64,000 bases of DNA from Patescibacteria group bacterium (GCA_041659765.1 JBAZXR010000001.1:467338-531337), one strand, 5' to 3'; positions 9,926 through 19,957 are shown, counted from the first letter of the stretch. Notes: generated by a model not told the origin, from the sequence alone. Program-made: numbers and translations.

Positions 9926-12047
9926 AGTAATCTCCCAAAAAACTAGTCGGCATTTTCTTTTGGACACGCTCGCCGTTATTGTCGAGAACGATTGTGGGCT
10001 CGTCGTCATACACGTTCGCGGAAGGCTGACGAGGAGTAGTCGAACGATACGCAGTCGACGCGCCCCAGGAAGGGATGCTGGTTTTAAGGCGGATTTCTTC
10101 GATGAGTTCTTTGGGGATTTCGTCGAGGAATTGAGACGGCTGGCGAATCTCAACGGATTCATAGCCGGTTGTTACTGGGTATGTGAAATAGAGATTTCGG
10201 CGGGCGCGGGTTGCAGCTACATAAAAGAGTCGTCGCTCCTCGGCCATGCCGTTCTCCTCGCTATACGCCCGCGAGTGTGGGAATGCTCCTTCGGCGAGGT
10301 GAATGATAAAGACGCTGTCCCATTCGAGTCCCTTTGCTTGGTGAATGGTCGAAAGAATCAATTTGTCTCCCCCGTCTTCTTCCCTCGGTTTTTCAGGATC
10401 TTGCAACGTCACGCCAAAGTCGCCGGTAAGTGTTACCGCGTCCAAGAAGTCACCCAGCTTCTCGTACTGCTCGGCGAACAAGCCGAACTGCTCAAGATCC
10501 TCCTGCCTATCACGAGCATTTTGATATTCGGCTTCTAAGTATTGTTTGTAGACATCACTCGACGCAAAAGCACGCAACATTCCGGCGGGCGAAGATTCAG
10601 CCAACATGGCGCCGAAAATCTGCACGCACTTCTGCCAGCCGAGTGCAGCTTTGGCGCCAAGCGGAGGAAAGCTGACGATCGCTGACTGCGCGTCCGGCAA
10701 CTCGCCCAAGTAGTTAGCGGCCTTGCTCGCCGTCACGAGACCCATGCCTGGGTGAATCTGAAGCGCCCGCATCCAAGCCATGCCGTCTTTTACATTTCGG
10801 ATTACTCGAAGGTGAGCAATGGCGTCCTTCACATGCGCGCGCTCGAAGAACTTTAGTCCCCCGCGATATTCATAGGGAATATTCCGCCGCATGAGTTCAA
10901 ATTCCAATGACTGCGAGTGAAACGCGGCTCTAAATAGCACAGCGATGCTTCTCATTGGCGCGCCTTCGTCGATCAACTCAAAAATCTGCTCGGTGACATA
11001 TTGTGCCTCCTGCCTTTCGTCTGTCGCCGGGACAAGAGACGGCTTGTCACCGTGCGCGACGACGGCCGTCAGATCCTTCGAAAACTGTTCCTTGTTATTC
11101 TTAATAACAGCGTTCGCAACAGCCAGAATTTCCGGCGTCGATCGGTAGTTCGTGACTAATCGAAACACCTGCGCGTTCTCGTACCGCTTCGGGAAGTCGA
11201 GAATGTTTTTGATCTCGGCAGCTCGAAAAGAATAGATGCTCTGCGCGTCATCACCAACGACTAATAAGTTCCCATTCACGCTCGACAACAAGTGAACGAT
11301 CTCGGCCTGGATCATGTTTGTATCCTGGAACTCGTCGACCAAAACATAAGCGAACTTGTTACCGAGTTTCTGTCGAAGATCGTCGTCGCGTTGCAGGAGT
11401 TCGAGGAGCTTTACGAGGAGATCGTCAAAATCCATGGCCTTCTGGCGCTCTTTTTCTTTGCCGTACATGTCGATCACGGCCAGAATGTCGTCCTTAAAAC
11501 CTACAAGTGCGGGATGCTTCCACTCGATGACCTCATCAGCAGACTTGCGCGCGTTGACCGCATAGGAACCGATCGACCGGCACACCGACGGCGACGGAAA
11601 CCGCTCCCCCGTAATCTTCACGTGTCGCTCTTTAATACAAAGCTTCATCATGTCATTCGCGTCCTCTTCGTCCAAAATCGAAAAGTCTCGACCAAAAACT
11701 GTCCGGTCGCCGTACATGCGCAAAAGTCTGTTCGCGATCGAGTGAAATGTGCCAGCCCATAACCCTTGCGGGAATACCTTAAGCAAGGCTTCCGAGCGCG
11801 TCATCATTTCCTTGGCGGCCTTATTAGTAAACGTCAAAAGCAAAATACGATCAGGCGGTACGCCATGTTCGAGCAACCATGCCACGCGATACGTGACTGT
11901 TCGCGTCTTGCCAGAACCCGCACCAGCGAGCACCAAGCATGGCCCATCACCGTTCTCAACAACTGCGTACTGTTCATCGTTTAATTCGGCTTTATAGTTT
12001 ATGTTTAAATGGACCTGACCGCCGCCGGAGAGTACGAATTCCTTCAT
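9924..12047 (-). CDS. UvrD/PcrA/Rep-family ATP-dependent DNA helicase
   Basis: Walker A AGAGSGKT, TFTNKAAKEM, DEFQDTN, and C-terminal helicase motifs. Confidence 0.85.
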   Translation of the reverse strand: MKEFVLSGGGQVHLNINYKAELNDEQYAVVENGDGPCLVLAGAGSGKTRTVTYRVAWLLEHGVPPDRILLLTFTNKAAKEMMTRSEALLKVFPQGLWAGTFHSIANRLLRMYGDRTVFGRDFSILDEEDANDMMKLCIKERHVKITGERFPSPSVCRSIGSYAVNARKSADEVIEWKHPALVGFKDDILAVIDMYGKEKERQKAMDFDDLLVKLLELLQRDDDLRQKLGNKFAYVLVDEFQDTNMIQAEIVHLLSSVNGNLLVVGDDAQSIYSFRAAEIKNILDFPKRYENAQVFRLVTNYRSTPEILAVANAVIKNNKEQFSKDLTAVVAHGDKPSLVPATDERQEAQYVTEQIFELIDEGAPMRSIAVLFRAAFHSQSLEFELMRRNIPYEYRGGLKFFERAHVKDAIAHLRVIRNVKDGMAWMRALQIHPGMGLVTASKAANYLGELPDAQSAIVSFPPLGAKAALGWQKCVQIFGAMLAESSPAGMLRAFASSDVYKQYLEAEYQNARDRQEDLEQFGLFAEQYEKLGDFLDAVTLTGDFGVTLQDPEKPREEDGGDKLILSTIHQAKGLEWDSVFIIHLAEGAFPHSRAYSEENGMAEERRLFYVAATRARRNLYFTYPVTTGYESVEIRQPSQFLDEIPKELIEEIRLKTSIPSWGASTAYRSTTPRQPSANVYDDEPTIVLDNNGERVQKKMPTSFLGDY

Positions 12048-12063
12048 AGATGCGCCCAGATTA

Positions 12064-12099
12064 ACATAAATAAAAAGACGAAGCCATGCGGCTCCGTCT
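12064..12099 (-). terminator. Intrinsic terminator after pilin gene
   Basis: Minus strand agacggagccgcatggcttcgtct followed by ttttatttatgtt. Confidence 0.5.
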
Positions 12100-12120
12100 C
12101 TTTAAAACTATATCTGCCAA

Positions 12121-12603
12121 TTATCGGCTGAGTGAGATAGGTGCATTTTCTGGGTCACAAGCACCCGCAGTCAGCGTACCGGAAGCATTCCTGATCAAAT
12201 AGTAATCAGTCTTGGTGGCGGCGCCGCTGGTTGGGTCCATCGGGACGCTGCCGAGGTAGCCAGCTGTTTGCAAGGCTGTAAGATCTGCACAAGCAGCGGC
12301 CGTGGTCTGAGCCGTACAACCTGTGTCACAACCGATAGCATCAGTTCCAATCACGTAAGCCGTTCCCGCAGTCATCGCGGCAACCGAAGCTATATAGGCA
12401 CCGCCGTTATCAACCTGCGCCGTCTTCAGCGCAGCCACGATGTTTGTAACATCACTTGAACGACGTGAATCGCGGGCATCGGCGAAACGCTTAGCTGGGT
12501 TAAGAGCTACGAAAACTGCAGCGGCCAGCACCACGATAATAGCGATTACAATCAATAACTCAATAAGAGTGAATCCTTTTCTCTCCCGCTGCACGCTCTT
12601 CAT
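12121..12603 (-). CDS. Type IV (major) pilin with prepilin N-terminal cleavage/methylation domain
   Basis: KGFTLIELLIVIAIIVVLAAAV class III signal (G|FTLIE), Cys pairs in C-terminal region. Confidence 0.8.
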   Translation of the reverse strand: MKSVQRERKGFTLIELLIVIAIIVVLAAAVFVALNPAKRFADARDSRRSSDVTNIVAALKTAQVDNGGAYIASVAAMTAGTAYVIGTDAIGCDTGCTAQTTAAACADLTALQTAGYLGSVPMDPTSGAATKTDYYLIRNASGTLTAGACDPENAPISLSR

Positions 12604-12740
12604 AAAAATTGATTCGTTTAAGAATAAACATATTATAATCTATTTTTACCGGTATCAGGCGCAGCTGCTGTTTAATGTGCATAACCTCATGCACACCCGC
12701 CCTCACCAAAAGCCAGTCTAGCAACTATAATGATACGTAT
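12604..12740. promoter_or_regulatory. AT-rich divergent promoter region between pilin and pilB; palindromic ATTATAAT -10 at about 12632-12639
   Basis: attataat is its own reverse complement, so it gives a consensus TATAAT in both directions; second TATAAT at about 12723. Confidence 0.4.
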
Positions 12741-14045
12741 ATGGCCACCGAAAAAAAACCTAAAATCATCAAATTAATCACCAAGGGGCCTAAAACAACG
12801 AATGGCAACCTTCCATCAAAAAAAGACGTTGAAGATCTCATTGCCAAAGCAATTGCCGGTACTACATCAGATGCAGCCGTTAGGCTCTTTGAGATGATCA
12901 TGATCTTTGCTCATGCTGCCCGCGCCTCAGACGTTCATCTTGAACCGTGGAAGGATCACGCTATTATCCGCATTAGAATAGACGGCATTCTTCATGATGA
13001 ATTCACTCTGGATACCGATCTCCATACCCAGTTAGTAGCCCGTATAAAGATTCTAACCCGGATGCGAACCGACGAGCATCATGGCCCGCAAGATGGAAGA
13101 TTTAAATTTACTTCTCCGCTCGGAGACGTGGATGTTCGCGTCTCAATTCTGCCCGATTCCTTTGGCGAAAAAGGGGTTTTACGCCTCCTCTCCAGCCAAT
13201 CGCATCAATTAACGCTTGAACAGCTTGGTTTTTGTGAAGAAGATTTGGCTCGTATCACTAGAGCCATAAAAAAACCTTGGGGCATGATTCTAGCCACCGG
13301 TCCAACGGGCAGCGGAAAAACTACGAGTATTTACGCGATTCTTGAAGTAATTAACAGGCGAGAAGTAAATATCGCCACCATTGAGGATCCAGTTGAATTT
13401 GAAATCCCCGGAGTCAATCAAAGCCAGGTTGATCACGTGGCTAAACTGACATTTGCTACCGGCCTACGAGCGCTATTGCGACAAGATCCGGATGTTATCA
13501 TGGTCGGAGAAATTAGAGACGAGGAAACTGCAAAAATTGCGGTCAATGCGGCCCTGACCGGACACAAACTCCTATCCACTCTCCACACCAATAACGCCGC
13601 CACCAGCATTCCGCGGCTTATCGATATGGGCGTTGAGCCTTTTCTTATCTCGTCTACATTTATCTGCGCCATCGCCCAAAGACTGGTTAGACGCGTCTGC
13701 AAAGATTGCGTAGAAACACAAAACTTGGGAATTGCTGAAGGAAGTAAAATGTTGCACAAACAAACAGCCGATGCTCTTTTCAAAGATAGGAAGACCATCG
13801 AAATCGCCAAAGCTAAGGGCTGCACAAAATGCAACGATACCGGGTATAAAGGGCGAATCGGTATTTATGAGGTACTAGAAAACTCCGTCGCCATTCAAAG
13901 CCTCATCAATAAGCGGGCAACGAGTGATGAAATTCAAGAGGTAGCAAAAAAAGAAGGCATGACCACTATCATGGAGGATGGCGTGCGAAAAGTCCTAACC
14001 AAGGAGACCACGATAGAAGAACTTAGTCGCGTCATGGAAGAGTAA
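12741..14045 (+). CDS. pilB: Type IV pilus assembly ATPase PilB (GspE family, short form lacking N-terminal GSPII domain)
   Basis: Walker A GPTGSGKTT, Asp box, His box, tetracysteine CKDC...CTKC; start taken at MATEKKPK (track start 12675 is a likely extension). Confidence 0.85.
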   Translation: MATEKKPKIIKLITKGPKTTNGNLPSKKDVEDLIAKAIAGTTSDAAVRLFEMIMIFAHAARASDVHLEPWKDHAIIRIRIDGILHDEFTLDTDLHTQLVARIKILTRMRTDEHHGPQDGRFKFTSPLGDVDVRVSILPDSFGEKGVLRLLSSQSHQLTLEQLGFCEEDLARITRAIKKPWGMILATGPTGSGKTTSIYAILEVINRREVNIATIEDPVEFEIPGVNQSQVDHVAKLTFATGLRALLRQDPDVIMVGEIRDEETAKIAVNAALTGHKLLSTLHTNNAATSIPRLIDMGVEPFLISSTFICAIAQRLVRRVCKDCVETQNLGIAEGSKMLHKQTADALFKDRKTIEIAKAKGCTKCNDTGYKGRIGIYEVLENSVAIQSLINKRATSDEIQEVAKKEGMTTIMEDGVRKVLTKETTIEELSRVMEE

Positions 14046-14048
14046 GGT

Positions 14049-15131
14049 ATGAACAGCAAAAAAAAATCTGGAGTGAGTCTTTACACTAAACTCTCAGTTC
14101 AGCTGTCGCTGACTGAGCAGCTTCTGCTGACTAAATATTTAGCTGTGCTGCTCAAATCTGGACTACCGATTGATGATGCGATTGAAATTCTTTCGAACCA
14201 GTCAAAAGGCTCCTTAAAAACGATCTTAACCAGCCTCAGGGAATCTGTTAGAAGCGGCAACACACTGGCTGACGGCCTGGAAAAATTTCCTCATGTTTTC
14301 TCCACGACCTTCATAAACCTGATTCGAGCCGGCGAAAACTCAGGAACGCTCCAGGGAAATCTTCAGCAACTAGCTGATCAGATGCAAAAAGAACACGACC
14401 TGCGGGTAAAAATCCGGAGTGCCATGATGTATCCGTCCATTGTTTTCATGAGCGCTATCACTATCTGTACTGGAATTGTTGTCTTTGTCCTGCCGAATAT
14501 TACCGCGCTCTTCAAATCTCTTGATGTTCCGTTGCCTTGGACTACCAAAGTTCTCCTCTGGATTGCCTTCGTAGTCCAACATTATGGAATTTTGATTGCC
14601 ACGGTTACAATCGCGTCAATCGTCATATTCATGTTTATTCGTAATTTATCTTTCGTAAAACCAATAACGCATTTCTTAACCCTCCGTGCGCCAGTTTTAG
14701 GAAAAATCGTCAGAAATACTAATCTAGCCAGAATCATGCGACTGCTCGGCACCCTTCTTAACACCGGTATGGCGCTTGACGAAGCCCTGCCGGTAACCGT
14801 TTCTGTAATTAAAAACCACTACTACAAACGCCTCTTTACTAAAATGGAAACTACTGTTTCCGAAGGAAATACTATTACCGTAGCTCTCGCCTCGAATAAT
14901 TATCTTGTTCCGCCCATCGCCCTGCGACTAATCAGAGTCGGCGAGGAAACTGGCACCCTAGGAGAAATGCTCATCTACCTAGCTAATTTTTATGAACAAG
15001 AAATTGATGAAGCGACAAAAAACGTCACCACGCTCATTGAACCAATCATGATTGTCGGGATCGGACTCATGGTTGCCTTGCTGGCCTTCTCTATCATCTC
15101 GCCTATTTACCAAGTAGTCGGCTCTATCTAA
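14049..15131 (+). CDS. pilC: Type IV pilus inner-membrane platform protein PilC (GspF family)
   Basis: Two GspF repeats, three TM segments; immediately follows pilB. Confidence 0.85.
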   Translation: MNSKKKSGVSLYTKLSVQLSLTEQLLLTKYLAVLLKSGLPIDDAIEILSNQSKGSLKTILTSLRESVRSGNTLADGLEKFPHVFSTTFINLIRAGENSGTLQGNLQQLADQMQKEHDLRVKIRSAMMYPSIVFMSAITICTGIVVFVLPNITALFKSLDVPLPWTTKVLLWIAFVVQHYGILIATVTIASIVIFMFIRNLSFVKPITHFLTLRAPVLGKIVRNTNLARIMRLLGTLLNTGMALDEALPVTVSVIKNHYYKRLFTKMETTVSEGNTITVALASNNYLVPPIALRLIRVGEETGTLGEMLIYLANFYEQEIDEATKNVTTLIEPIMIVGIGLMVALLAFSIISPIYQVVGSI

Positions 15132-15132
15132 C

Positions 15133-15627
15133 GTGAACAATCCAAAAGGCTTCACATTTCTAGAGATCATCATCACCCTCGGGGTCTTCGGGATTCTTTT
15201 TTCAATCTCCGGAATAGCCTTAACAAAATTTCAACAATCCGTAGCCTCAAGTGCCAGCGACCGCGAGATCCTCCATATTCTATCAACCGCCGCCCGTAAA
15301 GCCCGCCACGGCCAAGGGGGCGCTCCTTGGGGGGTTTATATTCCCTACAGTGAAAGCACGAGAGCAACAACGACCGTCACGGTCTTTTGCGGAGCCACCT
15401 ACGCCACCAGAGATATAACCTGTGACGACGTCTACACGGTTAGCAACAATATCCATTTTTTGGCCGTAGATTTTAGTGGAGCAGCTCCAGACACTACAAA
15501 TGATCATGAAATAGTTTTTAACCCGCTCTCTGGGTCTACCGCCCAATACGGCTCAATCTCACTTGGCTGGTATAACACTACTCGCTCGTTGTCCATTAGT
15601 CCGGACGGCTTTGTAAATAGGCAATAA
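15133..15627 (+). CDS. Minor pilin / pseudopilin (prepilin-type N-terminal domain)
   Basis: KGFTFLEIIITLGVFGILF prepilin motif. Confidence 0.7.
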   Translation: MNNPKGFTFLEIIITLGVFGILFSISGIALTKFQQSVASSASDREILHILSTAARKARHGQGGAPWGVYIPYSESTRATTTVTVFCGATYATRDITCDDVYTVSNNIHFLAVDFSGAAPDTTNDHEIVFNPLSGSTAQYGSISLGWYNTTRSLSISPDGFVNRQ

Positions 15628-15630
15628 TCT

Positions 15631-16512
15631 ATGCGTAACTCCAGACGTTCTATTCAAAGAGGCTCATTGCTTCTTGAAGCCATCGTGGCAATTGGCGCCA
15701 CCGCATCTTTCATGACGGCGTTGATCGGTTTTGTAGTTGTCGCCAACCGTGGCAGTGACCGAGCCCAAGAAATCCAACAGTCGTTATGGAATACAAATGA
15801 AGGCGCCGAAGCGCTTAGAACCATCTCCTTCGCCAGCCTAACAGATACGCTAACCGGCGCCCTGACCTTCGTAGCTCCCGCCTGGGCATTAGCCACTAAC
15901 GGACCGCAAACCTTAGCCGATGGTTCAACTCGAATAGTTAAAATATACCCAGTCTACAGAGATGCGTCCTGTAATGTGGTGGTCTCTGGAGGCACTGCTG
16001 ATCCAGATAGCAAAAAAATTATTAGCGAAACTAGCTGGATCGATACCGCTGGCAGAACCCATACCACCTCAACCACTACGCTGCGCACAAACTGGCTAAA
16101 CCCGACTGGCACTTGTTTTGCCCCTAGACAGGCTGGACAGGTCAGCTTCGCCGTTAATGCAGCCCAATTCTATGGAGGCAAACAGCTTAGAGAACTTTAT
16201 TTCACCAACACCGGTGGAACGAGCGTGACAATCGATAAAATAACCTTCACCTGGAGCAACGGTTCTGAATTCGATCAATTGTTCATCGATAACTCAAAAG
16301 TCTGGTCAACCTCTGGTCCGGGTACGCCCACGGGAGTCGATGTTTATTCAGGAACCACGCTCGACATCCAAAATTTCACCATGGCGCCAGGACAAACTTC
16401 GCAAATCACCAAGGGACAATTTGAAGATCTAATGTCGGGTGCTTCAATGACCATGTCCGTAACCTTTGCCGACGGCTCGGTCTTCACTTCAGGTTCGTTC
16501 AATCCCCTTTAG
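15631..16512 (+). CDS. Minor pilin-like protein
   Basis: RGSLLLEAIVAIGATASF prepilin-like motif (G|SLLLE). Confidence 0.6.
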   Translation: MRNSRRSIQRGSLLLEAIVAIGATASFMTALIGFVVVANRGSDRAQEIQQSLWNTNEGAEALRTISFASLTDTLTGALTFVAPAWALATNGPQTLADGSTRIVKIYPVYRDASCNVVVSGGTADPDSKKIISETSWIDTAGRTHTTSTTTLRTNWLNPTGTCFAPRQAGQVSFAVNAAQFYGGKQLRELYFTNTGGTSVTIDKITFTWSNGSEFDQLFIDNSKVWSTSGPGTPTGVDVYSGTTLDIQNFTMAPGQTSQITKGQFEDLMSGASMTMSVTFADGSVFTSGSFNPL

Positions 16513-16513
16513 T

Positions 16514-17065
16514 ATGAACAACAAAGGCACAACTCTGCTTGAGACCGTTCTCTACATTGGCATCGTGATGATCGTCTTGCCGACCTTCGTAATGTTTCTA
16601 ATAAACCTGTGGCAGACTTACACCTTGCTTGATGCTCGTTCTAGAATAGAACAAACTGCCTCAGTAGTGTTTTTGGAACTACAAAACTCACTCACTGAGG
16701 CTGATGCAATTAGCATTAGTACCTCTACCCTGGCAAATGACAGCGGAGTTTTAAAATTTCTTGATGCCACGGGACAACTAGTAACCATTGACCGACCAAC
16801 CGTAGCGGTGACCTTAGTTGGAGCACCGCAAAATGTACGGAGATTACGGATGCAAAAAGGCACAAACCCAGCAACCTATCTGACAGATCCGGAGATAGAC
16901 GTGACCCAATGGCGCATAGAGGCAATTCGGACCGACGCGACCCTATCCGGTCTAAGAATAAGTTACGATATGGCCATGCTGAATCCCGGGATCGGCGCCT
17001 ATCGTCATTCCGCCTTCTCGGCTGATACTACCTTTGCTCTCTCCGGACACACTATAGAAAATTAA
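16514..17065 (+). CDS. Minor pilin-like protein
   Basis: Start at MNNKGTTLLETVLYIGIVMIVL (KG|TTLLE) right after upstream stop; track ORF 16466 is an extension. Confidence 0.6.
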   Translation: MNNKGTTLLETVLYIGIVMIVLPTFVMFLINLWQTYTLLDARSRIEQTASVVFLELQNSLTEADAISISTSTLANDSGVLKFLDATGQLVTIDRPTVAVTLVGAPQNVRRLRMQKGTNPATYLTDPEIDVTQWRIEAIRTDATLSGLRISYDMAMLNPGIGAYRHSAFSADTTFALSGHTIEN

Positions 17066-17066
17066 T

Positions 17067-17450
17067 ATGCTCGTCCGCTCGCCCAAAGGTGTCGTCCTTC
17101 TCTACACCATGCTAGTCATGGGCTCTGCTAGCCTATTGGCCCTCACTATCCTTGCTCATGGAAGCATGGGTGGGTTCATTGACGCTAACCATGAGGTGGC
17201 CACGCTCCAGGTCAGATCATCCGTCATGGGCTGTACTGACGAATTTATTATTCAGCTCAAAAAAAATAGTGGCTACGCACCGGCTACTATTCCAGTTGGA
17301 ACCGCAACCTGTACGCTCACCGTAACCGCCAACGGAACTACTCGTTCGGGCCTAATCAAGCTCACTCAAAATAACATCACCCGCGGGGTGCGTGTAGACA
17401 TGGAGACGAGTCCTTTTTCCGTCACTCAAGTAACTGAAACCTTACAATAA
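17067..17450 (+). CDS. Minor pilin-like protein (PilX-like)
   Basis: KGVVLLYTMLVMGSASLL N-terminal hydrophobic segment; last gene of pilus operon. Confidence 0.55.
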   Translation: MLVRSPKGVVLLYTMLVMGSASLLALTILAHGSMGGFIDANHEVATLQVRSSVMGCTDEFIIQLKKNSGYAPATIPVGTATCTLTVTANGTTRSGLIKLTQNNITRGVRVDMETSPFSVTQVTETLQ

Positions 17451-17460
17451 TTTTTTCAAT

Positions 17461-18489
17461 CTACCTGAGATACTTCGCCTTATTTTGAATATGCTGTTCA
17501 AACGTCTCGGCGTAGTACACATTCCCTAAATCATCAGTCAAGAAATACAGGTAGCCGTTAGTCGCCGGATGAATAACGGCTGTCAGCGCATTCATCCCTG
17601 GATTGCTAATGGGGCCCGGAGGCAGGCCAGGATTCTTGTACGTGTTATAAGGCGAAACGGTGTCACGCTCGTTTAATGAGATGGACGGATCCTTGCCACC
17701 GGTCACATAATTTACTGTGGAGTCTGCCTGCAGAGCCATGCCGATAGACAGGCGCTTCAAGAAAATATCCGCCACGTTTTTCATTTCTGAGGGCTTCCGC
17801 ACTTCGCGCTCAACAATTGAAGCCAGAGTCAAAATTTCGTGCATGGTCATACCCTTAGCGTCCCCAGTGGGTTCGTCTAGTCCATCCACCTTTTCTTCCA
17901 TGGTGTCGATCAGCTTCTGCACTACGTCGTCAGCGGTTGCGTCGGCAAAAAACCGATATGTATCAGGAAAAAGATAGCCTTCAAGATCAACGTCGTCCGG
18001 CTTCTGGGCGCGCACCACGAATGGATGCGTTTCGAACTTCGAATATTGCCCCGTGGCCTTTGACCAATCCTCGGCAGAAATTTTGAACTTAGTCTGTACC
18101 AGCTCGCCCATCTGCTTGAGGGTCAAGCCTTCGGGGAACGTGATTGAGATATCCGTGACCTCGCTCGTAGTCAGATGCGCTAAAATATCTGCGTAGCTCT
18201 GGCCAGGGGTAAATGAATAAACACCAGTTTGTACGTCATCAGTCAGCCCGGCAAACTCTGCCGCTACGCGAAACCAAAGTGCATTCGCAATAATGCCACG
18301 CTCTTTAAGCAACGTAGCGTAATTCGAGAAGGAACCGCCCGGTGAAACCGTAAAGGAAATTGCCGGAGTACCCGCTTTTGGCGTTTGAAAAAAAATGTGG
18401 TTGATTTGATTTACGGCCACTACCAAGCAAACCAGCCCGATCGCAGCAGCAAGAATAAGCGCACGGACAAGAAGACGAAGAATATTCAT
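17461..18489 (-). CDS. mltG: Endolytic murein transglycosylase MltG (YceG family)
   Basis: N-terminal TM, YLFPDTY and SPYNTYKNPGLPPGPI motifs. Confidence 0.85.
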   Translation of the reverse strand: MNILRLLVRALILAAAIGLVCLVVAVNQINHIFFQTPKAGTPAISFTVSPGGSFSNYATLLKERGIIANALWFRVAAEFAGLTDDVQTGVYSFTPGQSYADILAHLTTSEVTDISITFPEGLTLKQMGELVQTKFKISAEDWSKATGQYSKFETHPFVVRAQKPDDVDLEGYLFPDTYRFFADATADDVVQKLIDTMEEKVDGLDEPTGDAKGMTMHEILTLASIVEREVRKPSEMKNVADIFLKRLSIGMALQADSTVNYVTGGKDPSISLNERDTVSPYNTYKNPGLPPGPISNPGMNALTAVIHPATNGYLYFLTDDLGNVYYAETFEQHIQNKAKYLR

Positions 18490-18493
18490 AGGT

Positions 18494-19234
18494 TTACAAT
18501 GCCCTATTTTTCAAAAAATCCTCAACCCGTGCGAGTCTCTCGTGCGTCCCGGAATCAAACCAAGGTTCTGTACCGTGATAGAAGCCGAGTGTGCGGCCGG
18601 ATTTCGACAAAGCTGGCCAAACATGTGTTTCGTGAGAAAGCGGCATCTCATCTGGCGCGATGTCGAGCACGTCCGGCGTCATAATATACCAGCCAGAAGA
18701 AACGAACACGGAGGGCGACGCAGCACGCAACGGCTCGGCGAGGCTTCTATCAACGTACGCATTGAGCTTAGTCTTATCGGTATTCGTATCGAGAATCTCG
18801 TAGTTGTTGGCCGTCTCGCTCGGAATAGAAATACCGGCAATAGTCGCCGTGGCCCCAGTTTCCTCGTGACGTTTTAAAAAAGCCGAAACATCAATCCAAA
18901 AGAGATTATCCGCGTTGGCTACAATAAACTTTTCGTCGAGCTGAGATTTATCGACTAACTTCATCCAGCCGCCGGTGCCCATCATTTCTGGCTCGCGCAG
19001 GTATGTCAGCTCCAGGCCCATGGACGAACCGTCGCCGTAGGTTTCCTCAATGAGGTGGCCGAGATAGGCAGTCGAGATCGCCACGTTCGTAATGCCCGCA
19101 GCTTTCAAATGTTCAAGGACGTACGTCATCATTGGCTTGCCCAAAATTGGCACCAAGGGCTTAGGCATGGTGTCGGTCAGGGGGGCGAGACGCGTACCTC
19201 GACCGCCGGCAAGTAAGATGGCTTGAATGGGCAT
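18494..19234 (-). CDS. Sugar-phosphate nucleotidyltransferase (mannose-1-P guanylyltransferase / G1P-NTP transferase family)
   Basis: LLAGGRGTRLAPLTDTMPKPLVPI nucleotidyltransferase signature. Confidence 0.75.
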   Translation of the reverse strand: MPIQAILLAGGRGTRLAPLTDTMPKPLVPILGKPMMTYVLEHLKAAGITNVAISTAYLGHLIEETYGDGSSMGLELTYLREPEMMGTGGWMKLVDKSQLDEKFIVANADNLFWIDVSAFLKRHEETGATATIAGISIPSETANNYEILDTNTDKTKLNAYVDRSLAEPLRAASPSVFVSSGWYIMTPDVLDIAPDEMPLSHETHVWPALSKSGRTLGFYHGTEPWFDSGTHERLARVEDFLKNRAL

Positions 19235-19241
19235 AACGAAA

Positions 19242-19314
19242 CGTAAAGTATTAAAGAATAAAGTGTTAAAGCCACTCAGAAACTTTAATACTTTAATCTT
19301 TACGCTTTATTCTT
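19242..19314. repeat. Inverted arrays of pentanucleotide repeats (TAAAG x4 / CTTTA x4) forming a ~18-bp imperfect hairpin
   Basis: cgTAAAGtatTAAAGaaTAAAGtgtTAAAG ... aaCTTTAataCTTTAatCTTTAcgCTTTAtt; lies between PAP2 stop and 8 nt upstream of the nucleotidyltransferase start codon. Confidence 0.6.
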
Positions 19315-19321
19315 ATAACAA

Positions 19322-19813
19322 TTAATACATTACCCCAAACCCAATCCCCAGGACAAACCCAACCAGTACATCGCCAAAGTAGTGCACGCCGACCACAATA
19401 CGCCCCAGGCCAATCAACATCTCGGCGATCACAAACAAAATAGCGAGAGAAACGAGGATCAAGGGATTTGGAAAATGTACTTGGAGCAAAATGACGGTCG
19501 CGACTGCTGCAGAAATGGTCGCATGCCCGCTCGGGAGGGAGTACGTGCGCCACCACATTTTGTAGCCGGTCTTCTCCTCAAACTTGGGCCGCGCGCGTCC
19601 CACAATCGCTTGCGTGCTGATGGTCAAAATCCAAGACGAAAAAGCGATCAGCGGCAACACCCACCAAGCTAACCAGCCAAGTAAGCCAAGCGCCACCCAC
19701 GCTATTACATAAACATTAATCAGCTGGACGGCAAAGAAATACCACAATTTATAGTGTGGCTTGCCCCAAGCTTCAATCCGTGTGCTGAGCGGTTTGTCTA
19801 AGTTGAAATCCAT
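19322..19813 (-). CDS. PAP2-family membrane phosphatase (undecaprenyl-diphosphatase-like)
   Basis: PAP2 motifs KxxxxxxRP (GRARPKF), PSGH, and GRIVVGVHYFGD. Confidence 0.75.
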   Translation of the reverse strand: MDFNLDKPLSTRIEAWGKPHYKLWYFFAVQLINVYVIAWVALGLLGWLAWWVLPLIAFSSWILTISTQAIVGRARPKFEEKTGYKMWWRTYSLPSGHATISAAVATVILLQVHFPNPLILVSLAILFVIAEMLIGLGRIVVGVHYFGDVLVGFVLGIGFGVMY

Positions 19814-19895
19814 GTCAGCAGAATATCATTTCTTCCCTCTTTTCAAAAGCCCTCGGGCGTAGCCCTAAGTACATCTATCAGTCCCTACGGGCGAG

Positions 19896-19929
19896 CCCCG
19901 CCGCCAGGGTATTGGCGACGGAGCGTTTT
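19896..19929 (-). repeat. Conserved 3' stem-loop element, copy 1 (ccccgccgccagg-gtat-tggcgacggagcgtttt)
   Basis: 34/35 nt identical to 20833-20867; on the transcribed (minus) strand forms CCGUCGCCA-AUACCC-UGGCGGCGG hairpin about 26 nt downstream of the stop of gene 19958..20773. Confidence 0.6.
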
Positions 19930-19957
19930 GAGCGATTAGAAAGTTTCCCTGTGGTCT

